DNA from: Acidobacteriaceae bacterium
Lineage (GTDB): Bacteria; Acidobacteriota; Terriglobia; Terriglobales; Acidobacteriaceae
NCBI GenBank assembly: GCA_036267095.1
Contig: DATAWS010000024.1
Span: forward strand, 21,670 to 85,669
Direction of reading: 5' to 3'
Length of the DNA: 64,000 bases
The translations under genes and the position numbers were made by a program. The notes beneath the pieces are model-generated. The model was not told the DNA's origin. It did not search any database and worked only from the letters and a program-made list of their open reading frames with translations. Of this stretch, positions 51,459-61,887 are shown one piece after another (positions within the stretch are counted from its first letter, which is position 1; each line of letters begins with the position of its first letter).

Positions 51459-51480
51459 TGGAGGCGGACTGCGGAGGTTT

Positions 51481-52512
51481 CTACGACCCCACGAAGCGCG
51501 CGTAGAGGCTGCGGGCGAGGGCCACGTCGGTGGTTCCCTGGATGATAGCGCGGCCGTCGGTGAAAACGGTCAGGATGTGCTCGCCGCGCTCGAAGCGCAG
51601 CAGCAGGTCGTTGCGGCGGACGGTGCCGAGGGGGCGGAGGCGGGTTTCGAGTGCGGCCAGATCGACAGGGCGGGCGTGCTCGTGAATCTGCACGGAGTTG
51701 CGTCCGCACAGGGTGATATGCGGGCGGCCTTCGCCGCGGAGATGGACGAAATCGCGGCCGCCACAGACCGCGCAGTCGGGGCGAGGCGTGGCTGTGGCGA
51801 CCTCGCTCCACTCATTGCGCCAGAGATCGCAGGAGAGCAGGGAGCGGCGCATCATGGGGCGCGCGCCGACGATCCACTTGAGCGCCTCGGTCACTTCGAG
51901 GGAGGCGGCGAGGTTGACGGCGGAGTTCAGGATGCCGGCGGTGTCGCAGGTTTCGACCGGTCCGCCGGGCGGCTGGGGAAAGATGCAGGCGAGGCAGGCG
52001 GTATCGCCGGGAAGGATGTTCATGGTGACGGCGTAGGAGCCGACCGCGGCCGCGTAGATCCAGGGCTTGCCCTGCTCGATGGCGTAGTCGTTGAGGAGGT
52101 AGCGGGTCTCGAAGTTGTCGGTCGCATCGAGCACCAGGGCGGCGCCGCCGAGCAGGTCGTGGATATTGCCGGGGACCAGGTCGGCCACGTGGGCCTGGAC
52201 GTCGACCTGGCTGTTGAAGGCGGCGATGCGGCGGCGGGCGGCTTCAGCTTTGGGCAGCGCGTCCCGGGCATCGGACTCTTCGAAGAGGATCTGGCGCTGG
52301 AGATTGCTTTCTTCCACGAAGTCGCGATCGATGAGGGTGAGGGTGCCCACGCCGGCGCGGGCCAGCAGGCTGGCGGCCGCGGCGCCGGTGGCGCCGACGC
52401 CCACCACCGCCACGTGGGCCTGCTCGATCCTGGCCTGGCCCTCGGCGCCAACAGGGGCAAACAGGACCTGGCGGGAGTAGCGTTCCCGGGCTGCTTGGAT
52501 AGGGGTGGCCAT
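51481..52512 (-). CDS. ThiF/MoeB family E1-like adenylyltransferase with a C-terminal extension
   Basis: 343 aa. RYSRQVLFAPVGAEGQARIEQAHVAVVGVGATGAAAASLLARAGVG.LTLIDRD.VE.SNLQRQ, zinc CxxC pairs (CLAC, CAVC). No ThiS/MoaD-like gene is adjacent. Confidence 0.8.
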   Translation of the reverse strand: MATPIQAARERYSRQVLFAPVGAEGQARIEQAHVAVVGVGATGAAAASLLARAGVGTLTLIDRDFVEESNLQRQILFEESDARDALPKAEAARRRIAAFNSQVDVQAHVADLVPGNIHDLLGGAALVLDATDNFETRYLLNDYAIEQGKPWIYAAAVGSYAVTMNILPGDTACLACIFPQPPGGPVETCDTAGILNSAVNLAASLEVTEALKWIVGARPMMRRSLLSCDLWRNEWSEVATATPRPDCAVCGGRDFVHLRGEGRPHITLCGRNSVQIHEHARPVDLAALETRLRPLGTVRRNDLLLRFERGEHILTVFTDGRAIIQGTTDVALARSLYARFVGS

Positions 52513-52705
52513 CTGTCAGTAGTATAGAAATTCCGGGGCCAGGCTACTCTGCGCCGGACAAGCCACGCTTGCTCCGGGTTCGCATCTCACCGTTCGAGAC
52601 TTTTTTCGTTTGGCGATGCGGGACACGAGTAGTTTGGCAGGGAAAGAACTTTCTGTTTTGCACGATATCCTGCCACAGGATCGAAGGTGGGGCTTGAAGC
52701 GGCGC

Positions 52706-55700
52706 ATGCGATTGCGGCTCAGCCGGATGGCGGCGGCTTGGCTGCTGGGGCCGGGGCTCGTCCTGGGATTGCCGCTGCTGGCGCAGACGGTGATCCCGTC
52801 GACGCAGCCTCCTAATCCAGCGTCGCCCATGCAGCAGCGCAAAAAGACGCCGCCGGTGCCGCCGGGCAGCATGTTGCCCTCCTACAACACCACGCAGGAG
52901 AACACCTCGGAAAAGGTGGAGCCGGTGCCCACATCGCCCAACCTGAACGGATGGGCGGGGCTGCCGGTGGAGGAGATCCGGTTTGAAGGGGTGACGCGCG
53001 ATTCGCTCGAGCCGCTTCCCGAGAGACTGCCGCAGCAGCCCAACCAGCCTCTGAACGCGGAGAATGTGCACACCAGCCTGCGCCGCCTGTTTGCCACCGG
53101 GCTCTATCGCACCATCGCGGTGAACGCGGAGCGCCAGGGCAACGGGGTGGCGCTGATTTATACCGGAACGCCGACCATTTTTCTGGGCCGGATCTCGGTC
53201 AAGGGGGTGAAGAGCCGCGAGCTGAGCAACCAGCTGAACTACTCCACGCGGCTGAACCCGGGGACGCCGTACACGGACACGAAGTTGAGCCGGGCGGAGG
53301 AGCTGCTTCAGGAGACGATGCAGCAAAGCGGGTACTACCAGGGCACGGTGATGCCTCACACCACCATCGACCAGACCAACGCCGCCATCAATCTGCAGTT
53401 CGAGATTAAGACCGGCAAGCAGGCGCGGGTGGGCGCGGTCACGGTACAGGGCGACAGCGGGATGACGGCGCCGGCGTTCCGCAAGAAGGCGAAGCTGAAG
53501 CAGGGATCGAAGGTCAATTCAGACACGGTGAGCCGCGCGCTGACCGGTCTGCGCAAGACCTACCAGAAGCAGCAGCGGCTGGAAGCGAATGTGCGGCTGG
53601 CTTCCAGCAAGTATCAGAAGCCGGCAAATCATGTGGACTACGGCTTCCAGGCGGATCGAGGGCCGGTAGTCAGGATCGTGGTGGAAGGGGCGAAGCTCAG
53701 CACGGGCAAGGTGCACAGTCTGGTTCCGGTATACAGCGAGGGAACGCTGGACGAGGACCTGCTGAACGAGGGGAGCAAGCGCATCCGCGACTATTACCAG
53801 CGCGAGGGGTATTTCCATGCGAAGGTAACGAACACCACGCTGGCGAAGGGTGGGGTGACCCACATCACCTACAACGTGACGCTGGGGCACCGGGACCGGA
53901 TCGCCTCAGTGGCGATCAAAGGAAACGGCTATTTCGGCACGTGGCTGCTGCAGCAGCGGCTGAGCGTGCAGGCGGCCTCGTTTTTCGTACGCCACGGCAT
54001 CTACAGCCAGGCCCTCGAACAGGCGGATGTGAACAGCATCACGGCTCTGTATCAGGGCAACGGCTTTAGCGATGTGAAGGTGACGCCGGAGGTGCGGGAA
54101 ACGCAGGGCAGGAATGGCGAACGGAATCTGGCGATCACGTATTCGATCGTGGAAGGGGTTCAGCAGAAGGTCGGCACGTACAACATCCAGGGAATCACGC
54201 AGGCGCAGCTGAACACGCTGCAGCCGCGGCTGAGCCTGCAGCCGGGGCAGCCGTATTCGGGCAACAATCTGGCAGCGGATCGGGACACGATCCTCGGCTA
54301 TTTTCTCGACAACGGCTACGATCACGCGCAGGTGACGCTGCAGCAGAACCCCTCGCCGAAGGATCCCAACCTGATCGACGTGAATCTGCGGGTGACGCCA
54401 GGGGACCAGATTCTGATCCGCAAGGTTCTGATCAGCGGTCTGCATTATACCCATCGGAAGACCGTGGAACCGGACATTCTGGTGGTTCCGGGCAAGCCGC
54501 TGGATCAGGCGAAGCTGCTGGAGACGCAGCGGCAGCTCTACAACCTCACGCTCTTCAACGAAGTGACCACCGCGGTGGAGAATCCCGGAGGCGACGAGCT
54601 GGCGAAGAACGTGCTGGTGCAGTTCGACGAGGCGCGGCGGTGGGATGTGAGCTATGGCGGGGGCTTCCAGGCGCAGACCGGGACGCCCAACACCAACTGT
54701 CCCAACGCGGTCAGCCTGATTCAGCTGGGCATCAATCCGTCGACCTATTCCTGCAGTCCGAACGGGAAGTTCGGAGTGAGCGCGGTGGCGGAGCTGGATG
54801 TATCGCGCATCAATTTGTGGGGGCGGAATCAGACCGTCACCTTCCGCGGGGAATACGGTTCGCTGGAGCAGGAATTCACGCTCAATTACAACGCGCCGCG
54901 CTTTCTGAATCGCAAGTCGATCGATCTTTCCTTCGGGGGCGGCTACATCAACGCGCAGAACGTGGTCACCTTCGCCTCGTCGACGTCGGAGGGGGATATT
55001 CGCGTGACCCAGCGTCCCAACCTGAAGGACACGCTGATCTATCAGCTTTCGTACCGGCGGGTGAAGGTGGACCCGAACACCATTCAGGTGTCGCCGGATC
55101 TGATCCCGCTGCTCTCGGAGCCGGTACGTGTGGGCGGGCCGGAACTGACCTGGGTGCACGACACGCGCAGGCCGGAGCCGCTGGATGCGCGGGCGGGGAT
55201 GTACAACAGCGTGCAGATATTCGCGACGGACAATTCGGTTCTCGACTCGCAGGCCAACTACGCTCATTTCGACTGGACCAACTCCACGTATTACGCGCTG
55301 GGGAAGCACAAGGACTATATTCTGGCGCGCAACACGCGGTTTGGGATGGAGCGGGTATTCGGCGAGGGGAAATTCGAAACGATTCCGCTGCCGGAGCGGC
55401 TGTATGCCGGCGGCCCGGAATCGCTGCGCGGTTTCCCGCTCAACTCTGCGGGGCCGCGCGATTCGCTGACCGGGTTTCCCATCGGCGGAGCCGGCGTTTT
55501 CGTCAATCAGACGGAGCTGCGTTTCCCCTATCCGCAGCTGCCGTATTTCGGCAAGTCGCTGGGATTCGTGCTGTTCGAGGACATGGGCAACGTCTTCAAC
55601 AACTCGTCGGATATCTGGCCGAGCGCAATTCGGATCAAGCAGCCGCACAGCTACACCTGCGACACGCTGCCTTACCTGACGATTGCGGAGCAGCAGAAGG

Positions 55701-55978
55701 TCACGCGCTCGTCGAGCACGAATCCGATCGGGCAGTGCGATTTCAACGATTTCTCCCACACGGTGGGGGTGGGCGCGCGGTATCACACCCCCATCGGGCC
55801 GATCCGTGTGGACTTTGGGTATAACGTGAATCCTCCGGTCTATCCGGTGTTGGTGCAGTACAGCAACGAGTCGGGAGTGAAGTGCTTTGCTTCGCCCCCG
55901 GCGGCCGTGGCAAAATCCGCGTGTTACGGGCAGGCAGGGCACTTCAACTTCTTCTTCAGCATCGGGCAGGCATTCTGA
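52706..55978 (+). CDS. bamA: outer membrane protein assembly factor BamA (Omp85 with multiple POTRA domains)
   Basis: About 1090 aa. Signal peptide MRLRLSRMAAAWLLGPGLVLGLPLLAQT, start uncertain (track TTG 52610, ATG 52616). POTRA-like repeats (..IRFEGV.., ..VTVQGDSG.., ..IVVEGAK.., ..VAIKGNGY.., ..YNIQGIT.., ..VLISGLH..). Omp85 barrel ending ..GHFNFFFSIGQAF. Confidence 0.85.
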   Translation: MRLRLSRMAAAWLLGPGLVLGLPLLAQTVIPSTQPPNPASPMQQRKKTPPVPPGSMLPSYNTTQENTSEKVEPVPTSPNLNGWAGLPVEEIRFEGVTRDSLEPLPERLPQQPNQPLNAENVHTSLRRLFATGLYRTIAVNAERQGNGVALIYTGTPTIFLGRISVKGVKSRELSNQLNYSTRLNPGTPYTDTKLSRAEELLQETMQQSGYYQGTVMPHTTIDQTNAAINLQFEIKTGKQARVGAVTVQGDSGMTAPAFRKKAKLKQGSKVNSDTVSRALTGLRKTYQKQQRLEANVRLASSKYQKPANHVDYGFQADRGPVVRIVVEGAKLSTGKVHSLVPVYSEGTLDEDLLNEGSKRIRDYYQREGYFHAKVTNTTLAKGGVTHITYNVTLGHRDRIASVAIKGNGYFGTWLLQQRLSVQAASFFVRHGIYSQALEQADVNSITALYQGNGFSDVKVTPEVRETQGRNGERNLAITYSIVEGVQQKVGTYNIQGITQAQLNTLQPRLSLQPGQPYSGNNLAADRDTILGYFLDNGYDHAQVTLQQNPSPKDPNLIDVNLRVTPGDQILIRKVLISGLHYTHRKTVEPDILVVPGKPLDQAKLLETQRQLYNLTLFNEVTTAVENPGGDELAKNVLVQFDEARRWDVSYGGGFQAQTGTPNTNCPNAVSLIQLGINPSTYSCSPNGKFGVSAVAELDVSRINLWGRNQTVTFRGEYGSLEQEFTLNYNAPRFLNRKSIDLSFGGGYINAQNVVTFASSTSEGDIRVTQRPNLKDTLIYQLSYRRVKVDPNTIQVSPDLIPLLSEPVRVGGPELTWVHDTRRPEPLDARAGMYNSVQIFATDNSVLDSQANYAHFDWTNSTYYALGKHKDYILARNTRFGMERVFGEGKFETIPLPERLYAGGPESLRGFPLNSAGPRDSLTGFPIGGAGVFVNQTELRFPYPQLPYFGKSLGFVLFEDMGNVFNNSSDIWPSAIRIKQPHSYTCDTLPYLTIAEQQKVTRSSSTNPIGQCDFNDFSHTVGVGARYHTPIGPIRVDFGYNVNPPVYPVLVQYSNESGVKCFASPPAAVAKSACYGQAGHFNFFFSIGQAF

Positions 55979-56778
55979 TGAAGAGCCCGGCACCCATCGT
56001 GTTTCTGATTTGCGCGGCGATGGCTGGCGGCATGATCTCCGCGCGCGCGCAGAGTCCCGCTCCTCCGCCTCCGGCCTCGTCCGCTGCGACGCCGAAGCCG
56101 GTGCAACTGGATCATGTGGTGGCCAAGATCGGCAGCAACGTGATTCTGGAGAGCGACGTGGAACAGGAAATGGACTTGTCCGCGCTGGAGCCGCTGCGGG
56201 TTCTTCCCGGACAGAACACGCCGGAAGAGGCTCTGCGCCGGCTGATCGATCGAACGCTGATCCTGGAGCAGATGAAGGAGCAGCAGCAGCCGGTGACGAC
56301 GCCGACGCCGGAAGTGGAGAAGGCGCTGACGGAGCTGAGAAAGCAGATTCCAGTGTGTGCGCGCTTCCATTGCGAGACGGACCAGGGGTGGGACGCGTTC
56401 CTGAACGCCAGCCATCTGACGGTGGACGAGGTGCAGCAGCGCTGGAGCCAGCGCATGGCCATCCTGCGCTTCATCGATTTACGCTTTCGCAGCGGCATCA
56501 CGGTGACGCACGATCAGGTGACCGCGTATTACCAGAAGACGCTCTTGCCCGCGCTGGTGAAAGAGCATGACGCGGCGCCGCCGCTGGCGCAGGTGAGCGG
56601 GCGGATTCAGGAACTGCTGCTGCAGCAGCAGGTGAGCGGGCTGTTCCAGGACTGGCTGTCGAGTCTGCGCGATCAGGGCAACGTGGAGATTGTGGACCAG
56701 GCGTACGCGAACCTGACGAACAGCGGCGGGAGCACGAAGAACGACAGCGACGGCAACAATACGGGACCAGGCCAATGA
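55978..56778 (+). CDS. SurA N-terminal-domain-like periplasmic chaperone (no obvious PPIase domain)
   Basis: 266 aa. Its ATG overlaps the bamA stop (TGATG). Signal peptide MKSPAPIVFLICAAMAGGMISARAQ. LDHVVAKIGSNVILESDVEQEM...LRRLIDRTLILEQ is typical of SurA_N. Confidence 0.65.
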   Translation: MKSPAPIVFLICAAMAGGMISARAQSPAPPPPASSAATPKPVQLDHVVAKIGSNVILESDVEQEMDLSALEPLRVLPGQNTPEEALRRLIDRTLILEQMKEQQQPVTTPTPEVEKALTELRKQIPVCARFHCETDQGWDAFLNASHLTVDEVQQRWSQRMAILRFIDLRFRSGITVTHDQVTAYYQKTLLPALVKEHDAAPPLAQVSGRIQELLLQQQVSGLFQDWLSSLRDQGNVEIVDQAYANLTNSGGSTKNDSDGNNTGPGQ

Positions 56779-59700
56779 ACGCCACTCCTCATCCTCAGAT
56801 CGATCATCCGCCGGAGGGCCAGCCGCGCCGCGGCCGCATCGGACGCATGGTGCTGCGGGTGGTTCTGTGGACGCTGGCGGTGGTGGCGGTGCTGATCGGC
56901 GCGCTTTCCTGGTACGCCAACACGTCCTCGTTTCAGAATCGGGTGCGGCGGGCGGTTATTGCGGAGCTGGAGGAGTCGACCGGAGGGCGCGTTGAACTGC
57001 GGCGGTTCGGCTGGCGGCTGACGCACCTGGAGTTCGAAGCCGATGACCTGACCATCCACGGTCTGGAAGGGCCGGGCCAGGCGCCGTACGCGCACATCGA
57101 ACGGCTGTACGTGCGGCTGCAGGTTCTGTCCTTCTTCCGCCCGAAGATCGGGCTCAATTTTCTGGAGGCCGACCATCCCGAGATTCACCTGATCGTCTAC
57201 CCCGACGGCACGACGAACCAGCCGCGGCCGAAGCATGCTTCGACCGGCAGCACCAAGGATGAAATCTTCGATCTGGAGATTGGGCGGACGGTGCTGAACG
57301 ACGGGGTCGCCATCCTGAACGACCGGAAGATTCTCTTTAACCTGTCGGCCAACCATCTGGCGGCGCAGGTGAGCTATGTTCCGCAGCGCGATCACTATGT
57401 CGGCAGCCTGCACGCGGAGGACATCGAGGCGCAGCGCGGGGCGACCACTCCGCTGCACTCGACCCTGGATGCGTCGCTGGAGGTGGGCCGCAACACCGCG
57501 CAACTGGTGTCGCTGACGCTGCAGAGCGGCCCGGGAGGCAAACGGCAGAAGACGGTGGTGCGGATTACCGGGGGGCTGAACGACTTCGCGCATCCCAGCT
57601 GGCAATTCACGATGAAGGGTGCGGTGGACGCGCTGGAGGTGAGCGCGCTGACCGGCGTGGCCGGACTGGACGCGGGGACGGCGCAGGTGGACATGAGCGG
57701 CCACGGCGCGAGCAGGGGCGCGAACGGGCTGCAGTTCGGAATCGATGGGACCGCGCGGGTCAGCGGGCTGGGCTATCACACCGGTTCCGTGCACGTGACT
57801 AACCTGACGGCGGCGGCCACAGCGCATGTCACGCAGGATGCGATCGCGGTGAGCGGGATCCGCGCGCGGCTGGCGACGGGCGGAACGCTGAACGGCGATA
57901 TGAAGATCGTGAACTGGGAAACGCCGGCGGCCGGCGCAGCGGCGGAGCAGGGATTGATTCACGCGAACCTCGCCGGGTTCACGGCCGACTCGCTGCTGGA
58001 CGTGGCCGCGCCGCGGCGCTTTCGGCGGATGGGCTTCGATACGGCGGTAGCGGGGACGGCAAACGTCAGCTGGACGGGCGCGGTGTCGAACCTGGTTGGA
58101 ATCGTGAACCTCGGTCTGACGCCGGCACATCCGCCGCACGCCAATGAGGTGCCGGTGGAGGGTGTCCTCAAGGCGACCTACCGTAACCGGTCCGGGACCG
58201 TGGCGATCCAGGCCTTGGACGTCCACACGCCCGACTCGCGGATTGAAGTGACGGGGAACCTGGGCGTCTATCCGATGACGCGCAAATCACAGCTTCAGGC
58301 CAGCCTGGTGACGACGAATTTGTCGGAATTCAATCCCGCGCTGGCGGCGTTTGGGATTGAGGCGCATGGACAAGCGAGCCCGGTACCGGCGCAGCTGAAC
58401 GGACAGGCGGAGTTTCATGGGACGGTGACCGGCCCGCTGCGCGATCCGGGCTTCAGCGGCCATCTGGAGGCCACCGACTTTACGATTCTTCCGCCCAGTT
58501 CCATGGCGGCAGCGGCGCAGGCGGCCAGCCAGCTGCACTTCGACCGGCTGACCGCCGATGCCGGGTACAGTGCGGGTTCGCTGTCGATCCGGGCCGCGAC
58601 TCTGGTGCAGGGAAAGACCACGATCCAGGTTTCCGGCGAGGTGCACGGGCAGGAGGAAGCTCCTGGCAAGCTGTTTGCCGATTCCTCGCAGATTCGCGCG
58701 CAGGTAGAAGTGAAGAACGCCGACCTCGAGCCGTGGCTGGCGCTCACGGGCAAGAGCTATCCGGTGAGCGGGACGGTGAACCTCGAGGCGCGGACTTCGG
58801 GAACCATCGGCGACCTCGACGGGACGGGTCAACTCACGCTGGCCGGCGGTTCCATCGATGGCGAGCCGTATCGCTCGCTGACGACGAACTTCTCGATGCG
58901 GGGCAAAGAAATCAGCGCCAGCCATATCGCGTTCGCGATGGACGGCGGCCACATCACCGGCAGCGGCGGCTACAATCTCACGACCCAACAGGCCAACTTC
59001 GATTTAGAGGGCAGCGGCTTTCAGCTGGCGCATATCAAACGGCTGCAGAACGAGCAGTATCCAATACTGGGGTCGCTGGCGTTCACAGCGCGGGGCAGCG
59101 GCACGCTTGAAGAGCCGTCGCTGCAGGCAACGGCTCACCTGACGAACCTGCGGCTGGCGCGGGAGTCGACCGGCTCGATCGATGCCGAGGCGCACACGGT
59201 GGGGCGGGCTCTGGATGTGAAGGTCTCTTCGCATCTGAACAACTCCACCATCAATCTGAACGGGGAAACGCAGCTGAGCGGCGATTATCCGACGCGGGCC
59301 ACGCTGAGCATCGCGAAGTTCGATATCGATCCGATCCTGCGCACCTTCAGCGTGACGGGGATTCGGGGCAGCTCCTCGATTGCGGCCTCGGTAGCGGTGT
59401 CCGGTCCGCTGAAGCGGCCGAAGGAGCTGAGCGGAACAGCCGAGGTCAGCGAGTTCGCGCTCACCCTCGAGGATGTGCCGATCCACAGTGACGGGCCTCT
59501 GCACGCGAGCCTGCGGAACGGGATGCTGCAGGTGGAAGGGTTCCACATCGTTGGGCCGGATACGGACCTGCGCACGCGAGGGTCGATCGGCCTGTTCGGG
59601 ACGCCCCGGCCGATTCAGGGGACGGCCAGCGGATCGATCAACATGTCTCTGGCGCAGACCCTCGACACGGACATTATTTCCTCCGGCCACGTGGACTTCA

Positions 59701-60887
59701 CGATGAACGCCGCCGGAACCGTCGACAATCCCGATCTGACGGGCAACGTGAAATTCACCAACGTGAACGTGGCGCTGGAAGACTATGTCAACGGGCTCAG
59801 CCGGATGAACGGCGAACTGGTCTTCGATCAGAGCCGGCTTGATTTCAGGAATGTTACCGCCTACAGCGGCGGAGGCCTGATTAAGGTCGGCGGTTTTGTG
59901 ACCTATCACCACGGGCTCTATGCGGATCTCACGGCCACGGCGAACGATGTCCACATTCGATATCCGGAAGGCGTCACGTCGACGGCGAGCGCGAACATCC
60001 GCTTCCAGGGAAGCCAGGAGAGCATGCTGCTGAGCGGCAAGGTTCTGCTGACCGGCTTTTCCGTGAGCCCCAACGTCGATTTCGCGGCGGTGGCTGCCTC
60101 GACGGGAGGCGTATCGCTGCCGCCCAATCCCAATTCACCGTCGAACCGGGTGCGTCTGGACATCCGCATCGCGTCGTCGCCCTCGCTGAATTTCCAGAAC
60201 TCGTTCGCGCGTCTGGCGGGGAATGTGGATCTGGCAGTGCGCGGCACCCTGGCGCAGCCGACGGTGCTGGGGCGGGTGACGATCACAGAGGGCCGGGCGA
60301 CGTTCAACGGCGACAAGTTCGAGCTGCAGCACGGCGAGATTTATTTCACCAACCCGGTGCGGATCCAGCCGACGCTCGACGTGATCGCCACCACTACGGT
60401 GGAGGATTACACCATCACCATCTCGCTGCAGGGCACGACGTCGAAGCTGAATCCCACCTTCCGCTCGGATCCGCCGCTTTCCGAGCAGGACATCTTCTCG
60501 CTGCTGGCGATGGGGCGCACCCAGGAGGAGCAGCAGATCTACTCGACGGAAGAGCAGCAGGCGGGCGTGAACTCGACGGCCGATTCGCTGCTGGGCGGCG
60601 CGCTCAACGCCACGATCAGCAACCGGATTCAGAAACTTTTCGGGGGCGGGAGCGTGCGCATCGATCCCACCTTCGTGAGCGGCGTGGGCAATGCGACAGC
60701 GCGCATCACCGTGCAGGAGCCGATTTCGAAGAACGCAACCCTGACCTACGCCACGAACGTGAACTCCACGGCGGAGCAGTTAATCCAGGGCGAGTGGCGG
60801 ATCACGCAGGACTTTTCGGTGGTGGCGGTGCGGGATGAGTCGGGTGTTTTCAGCCTGATTTTCCGTCTGCGGCGGCGCTACCACTGA
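56775..60887 (+). CDS. tamB: translocation and assembly module protein TamB (AsmA-like, C-terminal DUF490)
   Basis: 1370 aa with an ATGA overlap to the upstream gene. N-terminal TM VLRVVLWTLAVVAVLIGAL, a long beta-rich repetitive body, and the C-terminal block ..LLGGALNATISNRIQKLFGGGSVRIDP...ITVQEPISKNATLTYATN... typical of TamB. Confidence 0.85.
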   Translation: MNATPHPQIDHPPEGQPRRGRIGRMVLRVVLWTLAVVAVLIGALSWYANTSSFQNRVRRAVIAELEESTGGRVELRRFGWRLTHLEFEADDLTIHGLEGPGQAPYAHIERLYVRLQVLSFFRPKIGLNFLEADHPEIHLIVYPDGTTNQPRPKHASTGSTKDEIFDLEIGRTVLNDGVAILNDRKILFNLSANHLAAQVSYVPQRDHYVGSLHAEDIEAQRGATTPLHSTLDASLEVGRNTAQLVSLTLQSGPGGKRQKTVVRITGGLNDFAHPSWQFTMKGAVDALEVSALTGVAGLDAGTAQVDMSGHGASRGANGLQFGIDGTARVSGLGYHTGSVHVTNLTAAATAHVTQDAIAVSGIRARLATGGTLNGDMKIVNWETPAAGAAAEQGLIHANLAGFTADSLLDVAAPRRFRRMGFDTAVAGTANVSWTGAVSNLVGIVNLGLTPAHPPHANEVPVEGVLKATYRNRSGTVAIQALDVHTPDSRIEVTGNLGVYPMTRKSQLQASLVTTNLSEFNPALAAFGIEAHGQASPVPAQLNGQAEFHGTVTGPLRDPGFSGHLEATDFTILPPSSMAAAAQAASQLHFDRLTADAGYSAGSLSIRAATLVQGKTTIQVSGEVHGQEEAPGKLFADSSQIRAQVEVKNADLEPWLALTGKSYPVSGTVNLEARTSGTIGDLDGTGQLTLAGGSIDGEPYRSLTTNFSMRGKEISASHIAFAMDGGHITGSGGYNLTTQQANFDLEGSGFQLAHIKRLQNEQYPILGSLAFTARGSGTLEEPSLQATAHLTNLRLARESTGSIDAEAHTVGRALDVKVSSHLNNSTINLNGETQLSGDYPTRATLSIAKFDIDPILRTFSVTGIRGSSSIAASVAVSGPLKRPKELSGTAEVSEFALTLEDVPIHSDGPLHASLRNGMLQVEGFHIVGPDTDLRTRGSIGLFGTPRPIQGTASGSINMSLAQTLDTDIISSGHVDFTMNAAGTVDNPDLTGNVKFTNVNVALEDYVNGLSRMNGELVFDQSRLDFRNVTAYSGGGLIKVGGFVTYHHGLYADLTATANDVHIRYPEGVTSTASANIRFQGSQESMLLSGKVLLTGFSVSPNVDFAAVAASTGGVSLPPNPNSPSNRVRLDIRIASSPSLNFQNSFARLAGNVDLAVRGTLAQPTVLGRVTITEGRATFNGDKFELQHGEIYFTNPVRIQPTLDVIATTTVEDYTITISLQGTTSKLNPTFRSDPPLSEQDIFSLLAMGRTQEEQQIYSTEEQQAGVNSTADSLLGGALNATISNRIQKLFGGGSVRIDPTFVSGVGNATARITVQEPISKNATLTYATNVNSTAEQLIQGEWRITQDFSVVAVRDESGVFSLIFRLRRRYH

Positions 60888-61103
60888 GCCCGGTCGCGGC
60901 CCGCCCGCTGTCTGATTCCCGACGAATGGAAAGCCAGGTTTTTTGAGCGCCAAACTCTGCTGGTGGCGGGAAAAACCGTGGTTTTCGCGCATCCAAACAG
61001 GGCCGAACCGTGTCTGAATAAGCGGAAGGCTGTCTCGCCGGCCTCCTCGGGGGCTCGATGGAAACTCCATAGAATCAATGAGACAGCCTGGGAGAAGAAC
61101 ACT

Positions 61104-61850
61104 ATGAAGAAAACATTGCTCGTCCTTCTTGCCGCGGCTCTTTCGCTACCCGCGGCCTTTGCGCAGGACGATTCACAAGTGCAGGCAGCCATTCAGAAAA
61201 CTCTCAACTCTTCGCGGTTTAAGGATATTCACGCGACCGTGCAGGGCGGAGTGGTCACGCTGACCGGAAGCACGGAGCTGGTGGCCACGAAACTGAACGC
61301 GGAACAGAAAGTGCGCCATGTGCACGGAGTCGGCGCGATTCGCGACGACATCCAGGTGAATGGGCCGGAGATCTCCGATCAGCAACTGCAGCAGAAGCTC
61401 CTGAAATCCATCACCTCTGAACTTTGGGGCTACGTTCCCGTGCAGTTCCAGACGATCGGCGTGGAGGTCCATAACGGGGTCGCAATCATCGGCGGACATG
61501 CTGCCGGGCCGATTGCGGCGTCGGACGCCATTGCCGTGGTGGAGAACACCAAAGGGGTGAAGGACGTGGTTGACGATCTGCAGGTGGACCCGCTGTCGCC
61601 CATGGACGAACAGGTCCGCTGGGCGGAGTTCCGGTCGATCTACGGCTACCCGATGTTCAACCAGTACGTGATGGATCCCAACAAGCCGATCCGCATCCAG
61701 GTGGAGAACGGGCACGTCACTCTGTACGGCGAAGTTGCGTCGCAGGCTGAAAAGAATGCGGCGGGCATCCGCGCGAACAGCGTTCCCGGCGTTTTCAGCG
61801 TGACTAACAACCTGCAGGTGGCGAACGGCTCGCAGGAAAAGCCCAAATAG
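61104..61850 (+). CDS. BON domain-containing periplasmic protein
   Basis: 248 aa from ATG 61104. Signal peptide MKKTLLVLLAAALSLPAAFAQ. Three BON-like units (..IHATVQGGVVTLTGST.., ..IGVEVHNGVAIIGGHA.., ..IRIQVENGHVTLYGEV..AG..SVPGV..V.N.LQV). Confidence 0.8.
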   Translation: MKKTLLVLLAAALSLPAAFAQDDSQVQAAIQKTLNSSRFKDIHATVQGGVVTLTGSTELVATKLNAEQKVRHVHGVGAIRDDIQVNGPEISDQQLQQKLLKSITSELWGYVPVQFQTIGVEVHNGVAIIGGHAAGPIAASDAIAVVENTKGVKDVVDDLQVDPLSPMDEQVRWAEFRSIYGYPMFNQYVMDPNKPIRIQVENGHVTLYGEVASQAEKNAAGIRANSVPGVFSVTNNLQVANGSQEKPK

Positions 61851-61887
61851 GCGGCGCCGGCTGTGGCCGGGGTTTGCCGTTACACTG

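Noticed and set aside
51481-52512. Considered the ThiF-like E1 as part of a ubiquitin-like conjugation or defence system.
   Set aside because: It is monocistronic. A terminator and convergent glnA lie on one side and bamA on the other. No ubiquitin-like, E2-like or JAB-type gene is adjacent. The C-terminal extension resembles that of long ThiF/MoeB housekeeping enzymes.
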